From the human T2T-CHM13v2.0 reference genome, Homo sapiens, in the NCBI RefSeq assembly GCF_009914755.1, contig NC_060932.1: a stretch of 64,000 nt of DNA; one strand, given 5' to 3'. This document shows positions 27,701 through 40,708 of this stretch, piece after piece (the first letter of the stretch is position 1; every line of letters starts with the position of its first letter). Position numbers and translations under genes: made by a program. The notes under the pieces are model-generated. The model was not told where the DNA came from. It saw only the letters and a program-made list of their open reading frames with translations, and made no database searches.

Positions 27701-28296
27701 AGGGATGTTTACATTCAAGTCACAGAGTTGAACATTCCCTTTCACAGAGCAGGTTTGAAACAATCTTCTCGTACTATCTGGCAGTGGACATTTTGAGCTC
27801 CTTGGGGCCTATGCTGAAAAAGGAAATATCTTCCGAAAAAAACTAGACAGAAGCATTCGCAGAATCACGTTTGTGATGTGTGCACTCAACTGTCAGAATT
27901 GAACCTTGGTTTGGACAGAGCACTTTTGAAACACTCTTTTTGTAGAATCTGCAGGTGGATATTTGGCTAGCTTTGAGGATTTCGTTGGAAACGGTAATGT
28001 CTTCAAAGAAAATCTAGACAGAAGCATTCTCAGAAACACCTTCGTGATGTTTGCAATCAAGTCACAGAGTTGAACCTTCCGTTTCATAGAGCAGGTTGGA
28101 AACACTCTTTTTGTAGTATCTGGAAGTGGACATTTGGAGGGCTTTGTAGCCTATGTGGAAAAAGGAAATATCTTCCCATGAATGCGAGATAGAAGTAATC
28201 TCAGAAACATGTTTATGCTGTATCTACTCAACTAACTGTGCTGAACATTTCTATTGATAGAGCAGTTTTGAGACACTCTTCTTTTGGAATCTGCAA
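24718..28296 (+). repeat. Three 7-mer HORs
   Basis: 3 x 1193. Confidence 0.96.
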
Positions 28297-31007
28297 GTGG
28301 ATATTTGGATAGATTTGAGGATTTCGTTGGAAACGGGATTATATATAAAAAGTAGACAGCAGCATTCTCAGAAACTTCTTTGTGATGTTTGCATCCAGCT
28401 CTCAGAGTTGAACATTCCCTTTCATAGAGTAGGTTTGAAACCCTCTTTTTATAGTGTCTGGAAGCGGGCATTTGGAGCGCTTTCAGGCCTATGCTTAAAA
28501 TAGGAAATATCTACCTACAGAAACTAGACAGAAGCATTCTGAGAATCACGTTTGTGATGTGGGTACTCAACTAACAGTGTTGATCCATTCTTTTGATACA
28601 GCAGTTTTGAACCACACTTTTTGTAGAATCTGCAAGAGGATATTTGGATAGCTGTGAGGATTTCGTTGGAAACGGGAATGTCTTCAAAGAAAATCTAGAC
28701 AGAAGCATTCTCAGAAACACCTTCGTGATGTTTGCAATCAAGTCACAGAGTTGAACCTTCCGTTTCATAGAGCAGGTTGGAAACACTCTTATTGTAGTAT
28801 CTGGAAGTGGACATTTGGAGCGCTTTCAGGCCTATGGTGAAAAAGGAAATATCTTCCCATAAAAACGACATAGAAGCTATCTCAGGAACTTGTTTATGAT
28901 GCATCTAATCAACTAACAGTGTTGAACCTTTGTACTGACAGAGCAGTTTGAAACACTCTTTTTTTGGAATCTGCAAGTGGATATTTGGATCGCTTTGAGG
29001 ATTTCGTTGGAAACGGGATGCAATATAAAACGTACACAGCAGCATACTCAGAAAATACTTTGCCATATTTCCATTCAAGTCACAGAGTGGAACATTCCCA
29101 TTCATAGAGCAGGTTGGAAACACTCTTTTTGGAGTATCTGGAAGTGGACATTTGGAGCGCTTTCTGAACTATGGTGAAAAAGGAAATATCTTCCAATGAA
29201 AACAAGACAGAAGCATTCTGAGAAACTTATTTGTGATGTGTGTCCTCAACAAACGGACTTGAACCTTTCGTTTCATGCAGTACTTCTGGAACACTCTTTT
29301 TGAAGATTCTGCATGCGGATATTTGGATAGCTTTGAGGATTTCGTTGGAAACGGTCTTACATGTAAAAATTAGACAGCAGCATTCTCAGAAACTTCTTGT
29401 GGTGTCTGCATTCAAGTCACAGAATTGAACTTCCCCTCACATAGAGCAGTTGTGCAGCACTCTATTTGTAGTATCTGGAAGTGGACATTTGGAGGGCTTT
29501 GTAGCCTATCTGGAAAAAGGAAATATCTTCCCATGAATGCGAGATAGAAGTAATCTGAGAAACATGTTTATGCTGTATCTACTCAACTAACTGTGCTGAA
29601 CATTTCTATTGATAGAGCAGTTTTGAGACACTCTTCTTTTGGAATCTGCAAGTGGATATTTGGATAGATTTGAGGATTTCGTTGGAAACGGGATTATATA
29701 TAAAAAGTAGACAGCAGCATTCTCAGAAACTTCTTTGTGATGTTTGCATCCAGCTCTCAGAGTTGAACATTCCCTTTCATAGAGTAGGTTTGAAACCCTC
29801 TTTTTATAGTGTCTCGAAGCGGGCATTTGGAGCGCTTTCAGGCCTATGCTTAAAATAGGAAATATCTACCTACAGAAACTAGACAGAAGCATTCTGAGAA
29901 TCACGTTTGTGATGTGGGTACTCAACTAACAGTGTTGATCCATTCTTTTGATACAGCAGTTTTGAACCACACTTTTTGTAGAATCTGCAAGAGGATATTT
30001 GGATAGCTGTGAGGATTTCGTTGGAAACGGGAATGTCTTCAAAGAAAATCTAGACAGAAGCATTCTCAGAAACACCTTCATGATGTTTGCAATCAAGTCA
30101 CAGAGTTGAACCTTCCGTTTCATAGAGCAGGTTGGAAACACTCTTTTTGTAGTATCTGGAAGTGGACATTTGGAGCGCTTTCAGGCCTATGGTGAAAAAG
30201 GAAATATCTTCCCATAAAAACGACATAGAAGCTATCTCAGGAACTTGTTTATGATGCATCTAATCAACTAACAGTGTTGAACCTTTGTACTGACAGAGCA
30301 GTTTGAAACACTCTTTTTTTGGAATCTGCAAGTGGATATTTGGATCGCTTTGAGGATTTCGTTGGAAACGGGATGCAATATAAAACGTACACAGCAGCAT
30401 ACTCAGAAAATACTTTGCCATATTTCCATTCAAGTCACAGAGTGGAACATTCCCATTCATAGAGCAGGTTGGAAACACTCTTTTTGGAGTATCTGGAAGT
30501 GGACATTTGGAGCGCTTTCTGAACTATGGTGAAAAAGGAAATATCTTCCAATGAAAACAAGACAGAAGCATTCTGAGAAACTTATTTGAGATGTGTGTCC
30601 TCAACAAACGGACTTGAACCTTTCGTTTCATGCAGTACTTCTGGAACACTCTTTTTGAAGATTCTGCATGTGGATATTTGGATAGCTTTGAGGATTTCGT
30701 TGGAAACGGGCTTACATGTAAAAATTAGACAGCAGCATTCTCAGAAACTTCTTTGTGGTGTCTGCATTCAAGTCACAGAATTGAACATCCCCTCACATAG
30801 AGCAGTTGTGCAGCACTCTATTTGTAGTATCTGGAAGTGGACATTTGGAGGGCTTTGTAGCCTATCTGGAAAAAGGAAATATCTTCCCATGAATGCGAGA
30901 TAGAAGTAATCTCAGAAACATGTTTATGCTGTATCTACTCAACTAACTGTGCTGAACATTTCTATTGATAGAGCAGTTTTGAGACACTCTTCTTTTGGAA
31001 TCCGCAA
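28297..31007 (+). repeat. Two 8-mer HORs (1355 + 1356 bp)
   Basis: Same structure as 17753-20463. Confidence 0.96.
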
Positions 31008-34000
31008 GTGGATATTTGGATAGATTTGAGGATTTCGTTGGAAACGGGATTATATATCAAAAGTAGACAGCAGCATTCTCAGAAACTTCTTTGTGATGTT
31101 TGCATCCAGCTCTCAGAGTTGAACATTCCCTTTCATAGAGTAGGTTTGAAACCCTCTTTTTATAGTGTCTGGAAGTGGGCATTTGGAGCGCTTTCAGGCC
31201 TATGCTGAAAAAGGAAATATCTACCTATAGAAACTAGACAGAAGCATTCTGAGAATCACGTTTGTGATGTGGGTACTCAACTAACAGTGTTGATCCATTC
31301 TTTTGATACAGCAGTTTTGAACCACACTTTTTGTAGAATCTGCAAGTGGATGTTTGGATAGCTGTGAGGATTTCGTTGGAAACGGGAATGTCTTCATAGA
31401 AAATTTAGACAGAAGCATTCTCAGAACCTTGATTGTGATGTGTGTTCTCCACTAACAGAGTTGAACCTTTCTTTTGACAGAACTGTTCTGAAACATTCTT
31501 TTTATAGAATCTGGAAGTGGATATTTGGAAAGCTTTGAGGATTTCGTTGGAAACGGGAATATCTTCAAATCAAATCTAGCCAGAAGCATTCTAAGAAACA
31601 TCTTAGGGATGTTTACATTCAAGTCACAGAGTTGAACATTCCCTTTCACAGAGCAGGTTTGAAACAATCTTCTCGTACTATCTGGCAGTGGACATTTTGA
31701 GCTCCTTGGGGCCTATGCTGAAAAAGGAAATATCTTCCGACAAAAACTAGACAGAAGCATTCGCAGAATCACGTTTGTGATGTGTGCACTCAACTGTCAG
31801 AATTGAACCTTGGTTTGGACAGAGCACTTTTGAAACACTCTTTTTGTAGAATCTGCAGGTGGATATTTGGCTAGCTTTGAGGATTTCGTTGGAAACGGTA
31901 ATGTCTTCAAAGAAAATCTAGACAGAAGCATTCTCAGAAACACCTTCGTGATGTTTGCAATCAAGTCACAGAGTTGAACCTTCCGTTTCATAGAGCAGGT
32001 TGGAAACACTCTTTTTGTAGTATCTGGAAGTGGACATTTGGAGGGCTTTGTAGCCTATCTGGAAAAAGGAAATATCTTCCCATGAATGCGAGATAGAAGT
32101 AATCTCAGAAACATGTTTATGCTGTATCTACTCAACTAACTGTGCTGAACATTTCTATTGATAGAGCAGTTTTGAGACACTCTTCTTTTGGAATCTGCAA
32201 GTGGATATTTGGATAGATTTGAGGATTTCGTTGGAAACGGGATTATATATCAAAAGTAGACAGCAGCATTCTCAGAAACTTCTTTGTGATGTTTGCATCC
32301 AGCTCTCAGAGTTGAACATTCCCTTTCATACAGTAGGTTTGAAACCCTCTTTTTATAGTGTCTGGAAGCGGGCATTTGGAGCGCTTTCAGGCCTATGCTG
32401 AAAAAGGAAATATCTACCTATAGAAACTAGACAGAAGCATTCTGAGAATCACGTTTGTGATGTGGGTACTCAACTAACAGTGTTGATCCATTCTTTTGAT
32501 ACAGCAGTTTTGAACCACACTTTTTGTAGAATCTGCAAGTGGATATTTGGATAGCTGTGAGGATTTCGTTGGAAACGGGAATGTCTTCATAGAAAATTTA
32601 GACAGAAGCATTCTCAGAACCTTGATTGTGATGTGTGTTCTCCACTAACAGAGTTGAACCTTTCTTTTGACAGAACTGTTCTGAAACATTCTTTTTATAG
32701 AATCTGGAAGTGGATATTTGGAAAGCTTTGAGGATTTCGTTGGAAACGGGAATATCTTCAAATCAAATCTAGCCAGAAGCATTCTAAGAAACATCTTAGG
32801 GATGTTTACATTCAAGTCACAGAGTTGAACATTCCCTTTCACAGAGCAGGTTTGAAACAATCTTCTCGTACTATCTGGCAGTGGACATTTTGAGCTCCTT
32901 GGGGCCTATGCTGAAAAAGGAAATATCTTCCGACAAAAACTAGACAGAAGCATTCGCAGAATCACGTTTGTGATGTGTGCACTCAACTGTCAGAATTGAA
33001 CCTTGGTTTGGACAGAGCACTTTTGAAACACTCTTTTTGTAGAATCTGCAGGTGGATATTTGGCTAGCTTTGAGGATTTCGTTGGAAACGGTAATGTCTT
33101 CAAAGAAAATCTAGACAGAAGCATTCTCAGAAACACCTTCGTGATGTTTGCAATCAAGTCACAGAGTTGAACCTTCCGTTTCATAGAGCAGGTTGGAAAC
33201 ACTCTTTTTGTAGTATCTGGAAGTGGACATTTGGAGGGCTTTGTAGCCTATCTGGAAAAAGGAAATATCTTCCCATGAATGCGAGATAGAAGTAATCTCA
33301 GAAACATGTTTATGCTGTATCTACTCAACTAACTGTGCTGAACATTTCTATTGATAGAGCAGTTTTGAGACACTCTTCTTTTGGAATCTGCAAGTGGATA
33401 TTTGGATAGATTTGAGGATTTCGTTGGAAACGGGATTATATATCAAAAGTAGACAGCAGCATTCTCAGAAACTTCTTTGTGATGTTTGCATCCAGCTCTC
33501 AGAGTTGAACATTCCCTTTCATAGAGTAGGTTTGAAACCCTCTTTTTATAGTGTCTGGAAGCGGGCATTTGGAGCGCTTTCAGGCCTATGCTGAAAAAGG
33601 AAATATCTACCTATAGAAACTAGACAGAAGCATTCTGAGAATCACGTTTGTGATGTGGGTACTCAACTAACAGTGTTGATCCATTCTTTTGATACAGCAG
33701 TTTTGAACCACACTTTTTGTAGAATCTGCAAGTGGATATTTGGATAGCTGTGAGGATTTCGTTGGAAACGGGAATGTCTTCATAGAAAATTTAGACAGAA
33801 GCATTCTCAGAACCTTGATTGTGATGTGTGTTCTCCACTAACAGAGTTGAACCTTTCTTTTGACAGAACTGTTCTGAAACATTCTTTTTATAGAATCTGG
33901 AAGTGGATATTTGGAAAGCTTTGAGGATTTCGTTGGAAACGGGAATATCTTCAAATCAAATCTAGCCAGAAGCATTCTAAGAAACATCTTAGGGATGTTT

Positions 34001-34586
34001 ACATTCAAGTCACAGAGTTGAACATTCCCTTTCACAGAGCAGGTTTGAAACAATCTTCTCGTACTATCTGGCAGTGGACATTTTGAGCTCCTTGGGGCCT
34101 ATGCTGAAAAAGGAAATATCTTCCGACAAAAACTAGACAGAAGCATTCGCAGAATCACGTTTGTGATGTGTGCACTCAACTGTCAGAATTGAACCTTGGT
34201 TTGGACAGAGCACTTTTGAAACACTCTTTTTGTAGAATCTGCAGGTGGATATTTGGCTAGCTTTGAGGATTTCGTTGGAAACGGTAATGTCTTCAAAGAA
34301 AATCTAGACAGAAGCATTCTCAGAAACACCTTCGTGATGTTTGCAATCAAGTCACAGAGTTGAACCTTCCGTTTCATAGAGCAGGTTGGAAACACTCTTT
34401 TTGTAGTATCTGGAAGTGGACATTTGGAGGGCTTTGTAGCCTATCTGGAAAAAGGAAATATCTTCCCATGAATGCGAGATAGAAGTAATCTCAGAAACAT
34501 GTTTATGCTGTATCTACTCAACTAACTGTGCTGAACATTTCTATTGATAGAGCAGTTTTGAGACACTCTTCTTTTGGAATCTGCAA
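31008..34586 (+). repeat. Three 7-mer HORs
   Basis: 3 x 1193. Confidence 0.96.
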
Positions 34587-36454
34587 GTGGATATTTGGAT
34601 AGATTTGAGGATTTCGTTGGAAACGGGATTATATATAAAAAGTAGACAGCAGCATTCTCAGAAACTTCTTTGTGATGTTTGCATCCAGCTCTCAGAGTTG
34701 AACATTCCCTTTCATAGAGTAGGTTTGAAACCCTCTTTTTATAGTGTCTGGAAGCGGGCATTTGGAGCGCTTTCAGGCCTATGCTGAAAAAGGAAATATC
34801 TACCTATAGAAACTAGACAGAAGCATTCTGAGAATCACGTTTGTGATGTGGGTACTCAACTAACAGTGTTGATCCATTCTTTTGATACAGCAGTTTTGAA
34901 CCACACTTTTTGTAGAATCTGCAAGTGGATATTTGGATAGCTGTGAGGATTTCGTTGGAAACGGGAATGTCTTCATAGAAAATTTAGACAGAAGCATTCT
35001 CAGAACCTTGATTGTGATGTGTGTTCTCCACTAACAGAGTTGAACCTTTCTTTTGACAGAACTGTTCTGAAACATTCTTTTTATAGAATCTGGAAGTGGA
35101 TATTTGGAAAGCTTTGAGGATTTCGTTGGAAACGGGAATATCTTCAAATCAAATCTAGCCAGAAGCATTCTAAGAAACATCTTAGGGATGTTTACATTCA
35201 AGTCACAGAGTTGAACATTCCCTTTCACAGAGCAGGTTTGAAACAATCTTCTCGTACTATCTGGCAGTGGACATTTTGAGCTCCTTGGGGCCTATGCTGA
35301 AAAAGGAAATATCTTCCGACAAAAACTAGACAGAAGCATTCGCAGAATCACGTTTGTGATGTGTGCACTCAACTGTCAGAATTGAACCTTGGTTTGGACA
35401 GAGCACTTTTGAAACACTCTTTTTGTAGAATCTGCAGGTGGATATTTGGATAGCTGTGAGGATTTCGTTGGAAACGGTAATGTCTTCAAAGAAAATCTAG
35501 ACAGAAGCATTCTCAGAAACACCTTCGTGATGTTTGCAATCAAGTCACAGAGTTGAACCTTCCGTTTCATAGAGCAGGTTGGAAACACTCTTTTTGTAGT
35601 ATCTGGAAGTGGACATTTGGAGCGCTTTCAGGCCTATGGTGAAAAAGGAAATATCTTCCCATAAAAACGACATAGAAGCTATCTCAGGAACTTGTTTATG
35701 ATGCATCTAATCAACTAACAGTGTTGAACCTTTGTACTGACAGAGCAGTTTGAAACACTCTTTTTTTGGAATCTGCAAGTGGATATTTGGATCGCTTTGA
35801 GGATTTCGTTGGAAACGGGATGCAATATAAAACGAACACAGCAGCATACTCAGAAAATACTTTGCCATATTTCCATTCAAGTCACAGAGTGGAACATTCC
35901 CATTCATAGAGCAGGTTTGAAACACTCTTTTTGGAGTATCTGGAAGTGGACATTTGGAGCGCTTTCTGAACTATGGTGAAAAAGGAAATATCTTCCAATG
36001 AAAACAAGACAGAAGCATTCTGAGAAACTTATTTGTGATGTGTGTCCTCAACAAACGGACTTGAACCTTTCGTTTCATGCAGTACTTCTGGAACACTCTT
36101 TTTGAAGTTTCTGCATGCGGATATTTGGATAGCTTTGAGGATCTCGTTGGAAACGGGCTTACATGTAAAAATTAGACAGCAGCATTCTCAGAAACTTCTT
36201 TGTGGTGTCTGCATTCAAGTCACAGAATTGAACATCCCCTCACATAGAGCAGTTGTGCAGCACTCTATTTGTAGTATCTGGAAGTGGACATTTGGAGGGC
36301 TTTGTAGCCTATCTGGAAAAAGGAAATATCTTCCCATGAATGCGAGATAGAAGTAATCTCAGAAACATGTTTATGCTGTATCTACTCAACTAACTGTGCT
36401 GAACATTTCTATTGATAGAGCAGTTTTGAGACACTCTTCTTTTGGAATCTGCAA
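34587..36454 (+). repeat. 11-mer HOR
   Basis: Period 1868. Confidence 0.96.
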
Positions 36455-38840
36455 GTGGATATTTGGATAGATTTGAGGATTTCGTTGGAAACGGGATTAT
36501 ATATAAAAAGTAGACAGCAGCATTCTCAGAAACTTCTTTGTGATGTTTGCATCCAGCTCTCAGAGTTGAACATTCCCTTTCATAGAGTAGGTTTGAAACC
36601 CTCTTTTTATAGTGTCTGGAAGTGGGCATTTGGAGCGCTTTCAGGCCTATGCTGAAAAAGGAAATATCTACCTATAGAAACTAGACAGAAGCATTCTGAG
36701 AATCACGTTTGTGATGTGGGTACTCAACTAACAGTGTTGATCCATTCTTTTGATACAGCAGTTTTGAACCACACTTTTTGTAGAATCTGCAAGTGGATAT
36801 TTGGATAGCTGTGAGGATTTCGTTGGAAACGGGAATGTCTTCATAGAAAATTTAGACAGAAGCATTCTCAGAACCTTGATTGTGATGTGTGTTCTCCACT
36901 AACAGAGTTGAACCTTTCTTTTGACAGAACTGTTCTGAAACATTCTTTTTATAGAATCTGGAAGTGGATATTTGGAAAGCTTTGAGGATTTCGTTGGAAA
37001 CGGGAATATCTTCAAATCAAATCTAGCCAGAAGCATTCTAAGAAACATCTTAGGGATGTTTACATTCAAGTCACAGAGTTGAACATTCCCTTTCACAGAG
37101 CAGGTTTGAAACAATCTTCTCGTACTATCTGGCAGTGGACATTTTGAGCTCCTTGGGGCCTATGCTGAAAAAGGAAATATCTTCCGAAAAAAACTAGACA
37201 GAAGCATTCGCAGAATCACGTTTGTGATGTGTGCACTCAACTGTCAGAATTGAACCTTGGTTTGGACAGAGCACTTTTGAAACACTCTTTTTGTAGAATC
37301 TGCAGGTGGATATTTGGCTAGCTTTGAGGATTTCGTTGGAAACGGTAATGTCTTCAAAGAAAATCTAGACAGAAGCATTCTCAGAAACACCTTCGTGATG
37401 TTTGCAATCAAGTCACAGAGTTGAACCTTCCGTTTCATAGAGCAGGTTGGAAACACTCTTTTTGTAGTATCTGGAAGTGGACATTTGGAGGGCTTTGTAG
37501 CCTATCTGGAAAAAGGAAATATCTTCCCATGAATGCGAGATAGAAGTAATCTCAGAAACATGTTTATGCTGTATCTACTCAACTAACTGTGCTGAACATT
37601 TCTATTGATAGAGCAGTTTTGAGACACTCTTCTTTTGGAATCTGCAAGTGGATATTTGGATAGATTTGAGGATTTCGTTGGAAACGGGATTATATATCAA
37701 AAGTAGACAGCAGCATTCTCAGAAACTTCTTTGTGATGTTTGCATCCAGCTCTCAGAGTTGAACATTCCCTTTCATAGAGTAGGTTTGAAACCCTCTTTT
37801 TATAGTGTCTGGAAGCGGGCATTTGGAGCGCTTTCAGGCCTATGCTGAAAAAGGAAATATCTACCTATAGAAACTAGACAGAAGCATTCTGAGAATCACG
37901 TTTGTGATGTGGGTACTCAACTAACAGTGTTGATCCATTCTTTTGATACAGCAGTTTTGAACCACACTTTTTGTAGAATCTGCAAGTGGATATTTGGATA
38001 GCTGTGAGGATTTCGTTGGAAACGGGAATGTCTTCATAGAAAATTTAGACAGAAGGATTCTCAGAACCTTGATTGTGAAGTGTGTTCTCCACTAACAGAG
38101 TTGAACCTTTCTTTTGACAGAACTGTTCTGAAACATTCTTTTTATAGAATCTGGAAGTGGATATTTGGAAAGCTTTGAGGATTTCGTTGGAAACGGGAAT
38201 ATCTACAAATCTAATCTAGCCAGAAGCATTCTAAGAAACATCTTAGGGATGTTTACATTCAAGTCACAGAGTTGAACATTCCCTTTCACAGAGCAGGTTT
38301 GAAACAATCTTCTCGTACTATCTGGCAGTGGACATTTTGAGCTCCTTGGGGCCTATGCTGAAAAAGGAAATATCTTCCGACAAAAACTAGACAGAAGCAT
38401 TCGCAGAATCACGTTTGTGATGTGTGCACTCAACTGTCAGAATTGAACCTTGGTTTGGACAGAGCACTTTTGAAACACTCTTTTTGTAGAATCTGCAGGT
38501 GGATATTTGGCTAGCTTTGAGGATTTCGTTGGAAACGGTAATGTCTTCAAAGAAAATCTAGACAGAAGCATTCTCAGAAACACCTTCGTGATGTTTGCAA
38601 TCAAGTCACAGAGTTGAACCTTCCGTTTCATAGAGCAGGTTGGAAACACTCTTTTTGTAGTATCTGGAAGTGGACATTTGGAGGGCTTTGTAGCCTATCT
38701 GGAAAAAGGAAATATCTTCCCATGAATGCGAGATAGAAGTAATCTCAGAAACATGTTTATGCTGTATCTACTCAACTAACTGTGCTGAACATTTCTATTG
38801 ATAGAGCAGTTTTGAGACACTCTTCTTTTGGAATCTGCAA
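36455..38840 (+). repeat. Two 7-mer HORs
   Basis: 2 x 1193. Confidence 0.96.
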
Positions 38841-40708
38841 GTGGATATTTGGATAGATTTGAGGATTTCGTTGGAAACGGGATTATATATCAAAAGTAGA
38901 CAGCAGCATTCTCAGAAACTTCTTTGTGATGTTTGCATCCAGCTCTCAGAGTTGAACATTCCCTTTCATAGAGTAGGTTTGAAACCCTCTTTTTATAGTG
39001 TCTGGAAGCGGGCATTTGGAGCGCTTTCAGGCCTATGCTGAAAAAGGAAATATCTACCTATAGAAACTAGACAGAAGCATTCTGAGAATCACGTTTGTGA
39101 TGTGGGTACTCAACTAACAGTGTTGATCCATTCTTTTGATACAGCAGTTTTGAACCACACTTTTTGTAGAATCTGCAAGTGGATATTTGGATAGCTGTGA
39201 GGATTTCGTTGGAAACGGGAATGTCTTCATAGAAAATTTAGACAGAAGCATTCTCAGAACCTTGATTGTGATGTGTGTTCTCCACTAACAGAGTTGAACC
39301 TTTCTTTTGACAGAACTGTTCTGAAACATTCTTTTTATAGAATCTGGAAGTGGATATTTGGAAAGCTTTGAGGATTTCGTTGGAAACGGGAATATCTTCA
39401 AATCAAATCTAGCCAGAAGCATTCTAAGAAACATCTTAGGGATGTTTACATTCAAGTCACAGAGTTGAACATTCCCTTTCACAGAGCAGGTTTGAAACAA
39501 TCTTCTCGTACTATCTGGCAGTGGACATTTTGAGCTCCTTGGGGCCTATGCTGAAAAAGGAAATATCTTCCGACAAAAACTAGACAGAAGCATTCGCAGA
39601 ATCACGTTTGTGATGTGTGCACTCAACTGTCAGAATTGAACCTTGGTTTGGACAGAGCACTTTTGAAACACTCTTTTTGTAGAATCTGCAGGTGGATATT
39701 TGGATAGCTGTGAGGATTTCGTTGGAAACGGTAATGTCTTCAAAGAAAATCTAGACAGAAGCATTCTCAGAAACACCTTCGTGATGTTTGCAATCAAGTC
39801 ACAGAGTTGAACCTTCCGTTTCATAGAGCAGGTTGGAAACACTCTTTTTGTAGTATCTGGAAGTGGACATTTGGAGCGCTTTCAGGCCTATGGTGAAAAA
39901 GGAAATATCTTCCCATAAAAACGACATAGAAGCTATCTCAGGAACTTGTTTATGATGCATCTAATCAACTAACAGTGTTGAACCTTTGTACTGACAGAGC
40001 AGTTTGAAACACTCTTTTTTTGGAATCTGCAAGTGGATATTTGGATCGCTTTGAGGATTTCGTTGGAAACGGGATGCAATATAAAACGTACACAGCAGCA
40101 TACTCAGAAAATACTTTGCCATATTTCCATTCAAGTCACAGAGTGGAACATTCCCATTCATAGAGCAGGTTTGAAACACTCTTTTTGGAGTATCTGGAAG
40201 TGGACATTTGGAGCGCTTTCTGAACTATGGTGAAAAAGGAAATATCTTCCAATGAAAACAAGACAGAAGCATTCTGAGAAACTTATTTGTGATGTGTGTC
40301 CTCAACAAACGGACTTGAACCTTTCGTTTCATGCAGTACTTCTGGAACACTCTTTTTGAAGATTCTGCATGCGGATATTTGGATAGCTTTGAGGATCTCG
40401 TTGGAAACGGGCTTACATGTAAAAATTAGACAGCAGCATTCTCAGAAACTTCTTTGTGGTGTCTGCATTCAAGTCACAGAATTGAACATCCCCTCACATA
40501 GAGCAGTTGTGCAGCACTCTATTTGTAGTATCTGGAAGTGGACATTTGGAGGGCTTTGTAGCCTATCTGGAAAAAGGAAATATCTTCCCATGAATGCGAG
40601 ATAGAAGTAATCTCAGAAACATGTTTATGCTGTATCTACTCAACTAACTGTGCTGAACATTTCTATTGATAGAGCAGTTTTGAGACACTCTTCTTTTGGA
40701 ATCTGCAA
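38841..40708 (+). repeat. 11-mer HOR
   Basis: Period 1868. Confidence 0.96.
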
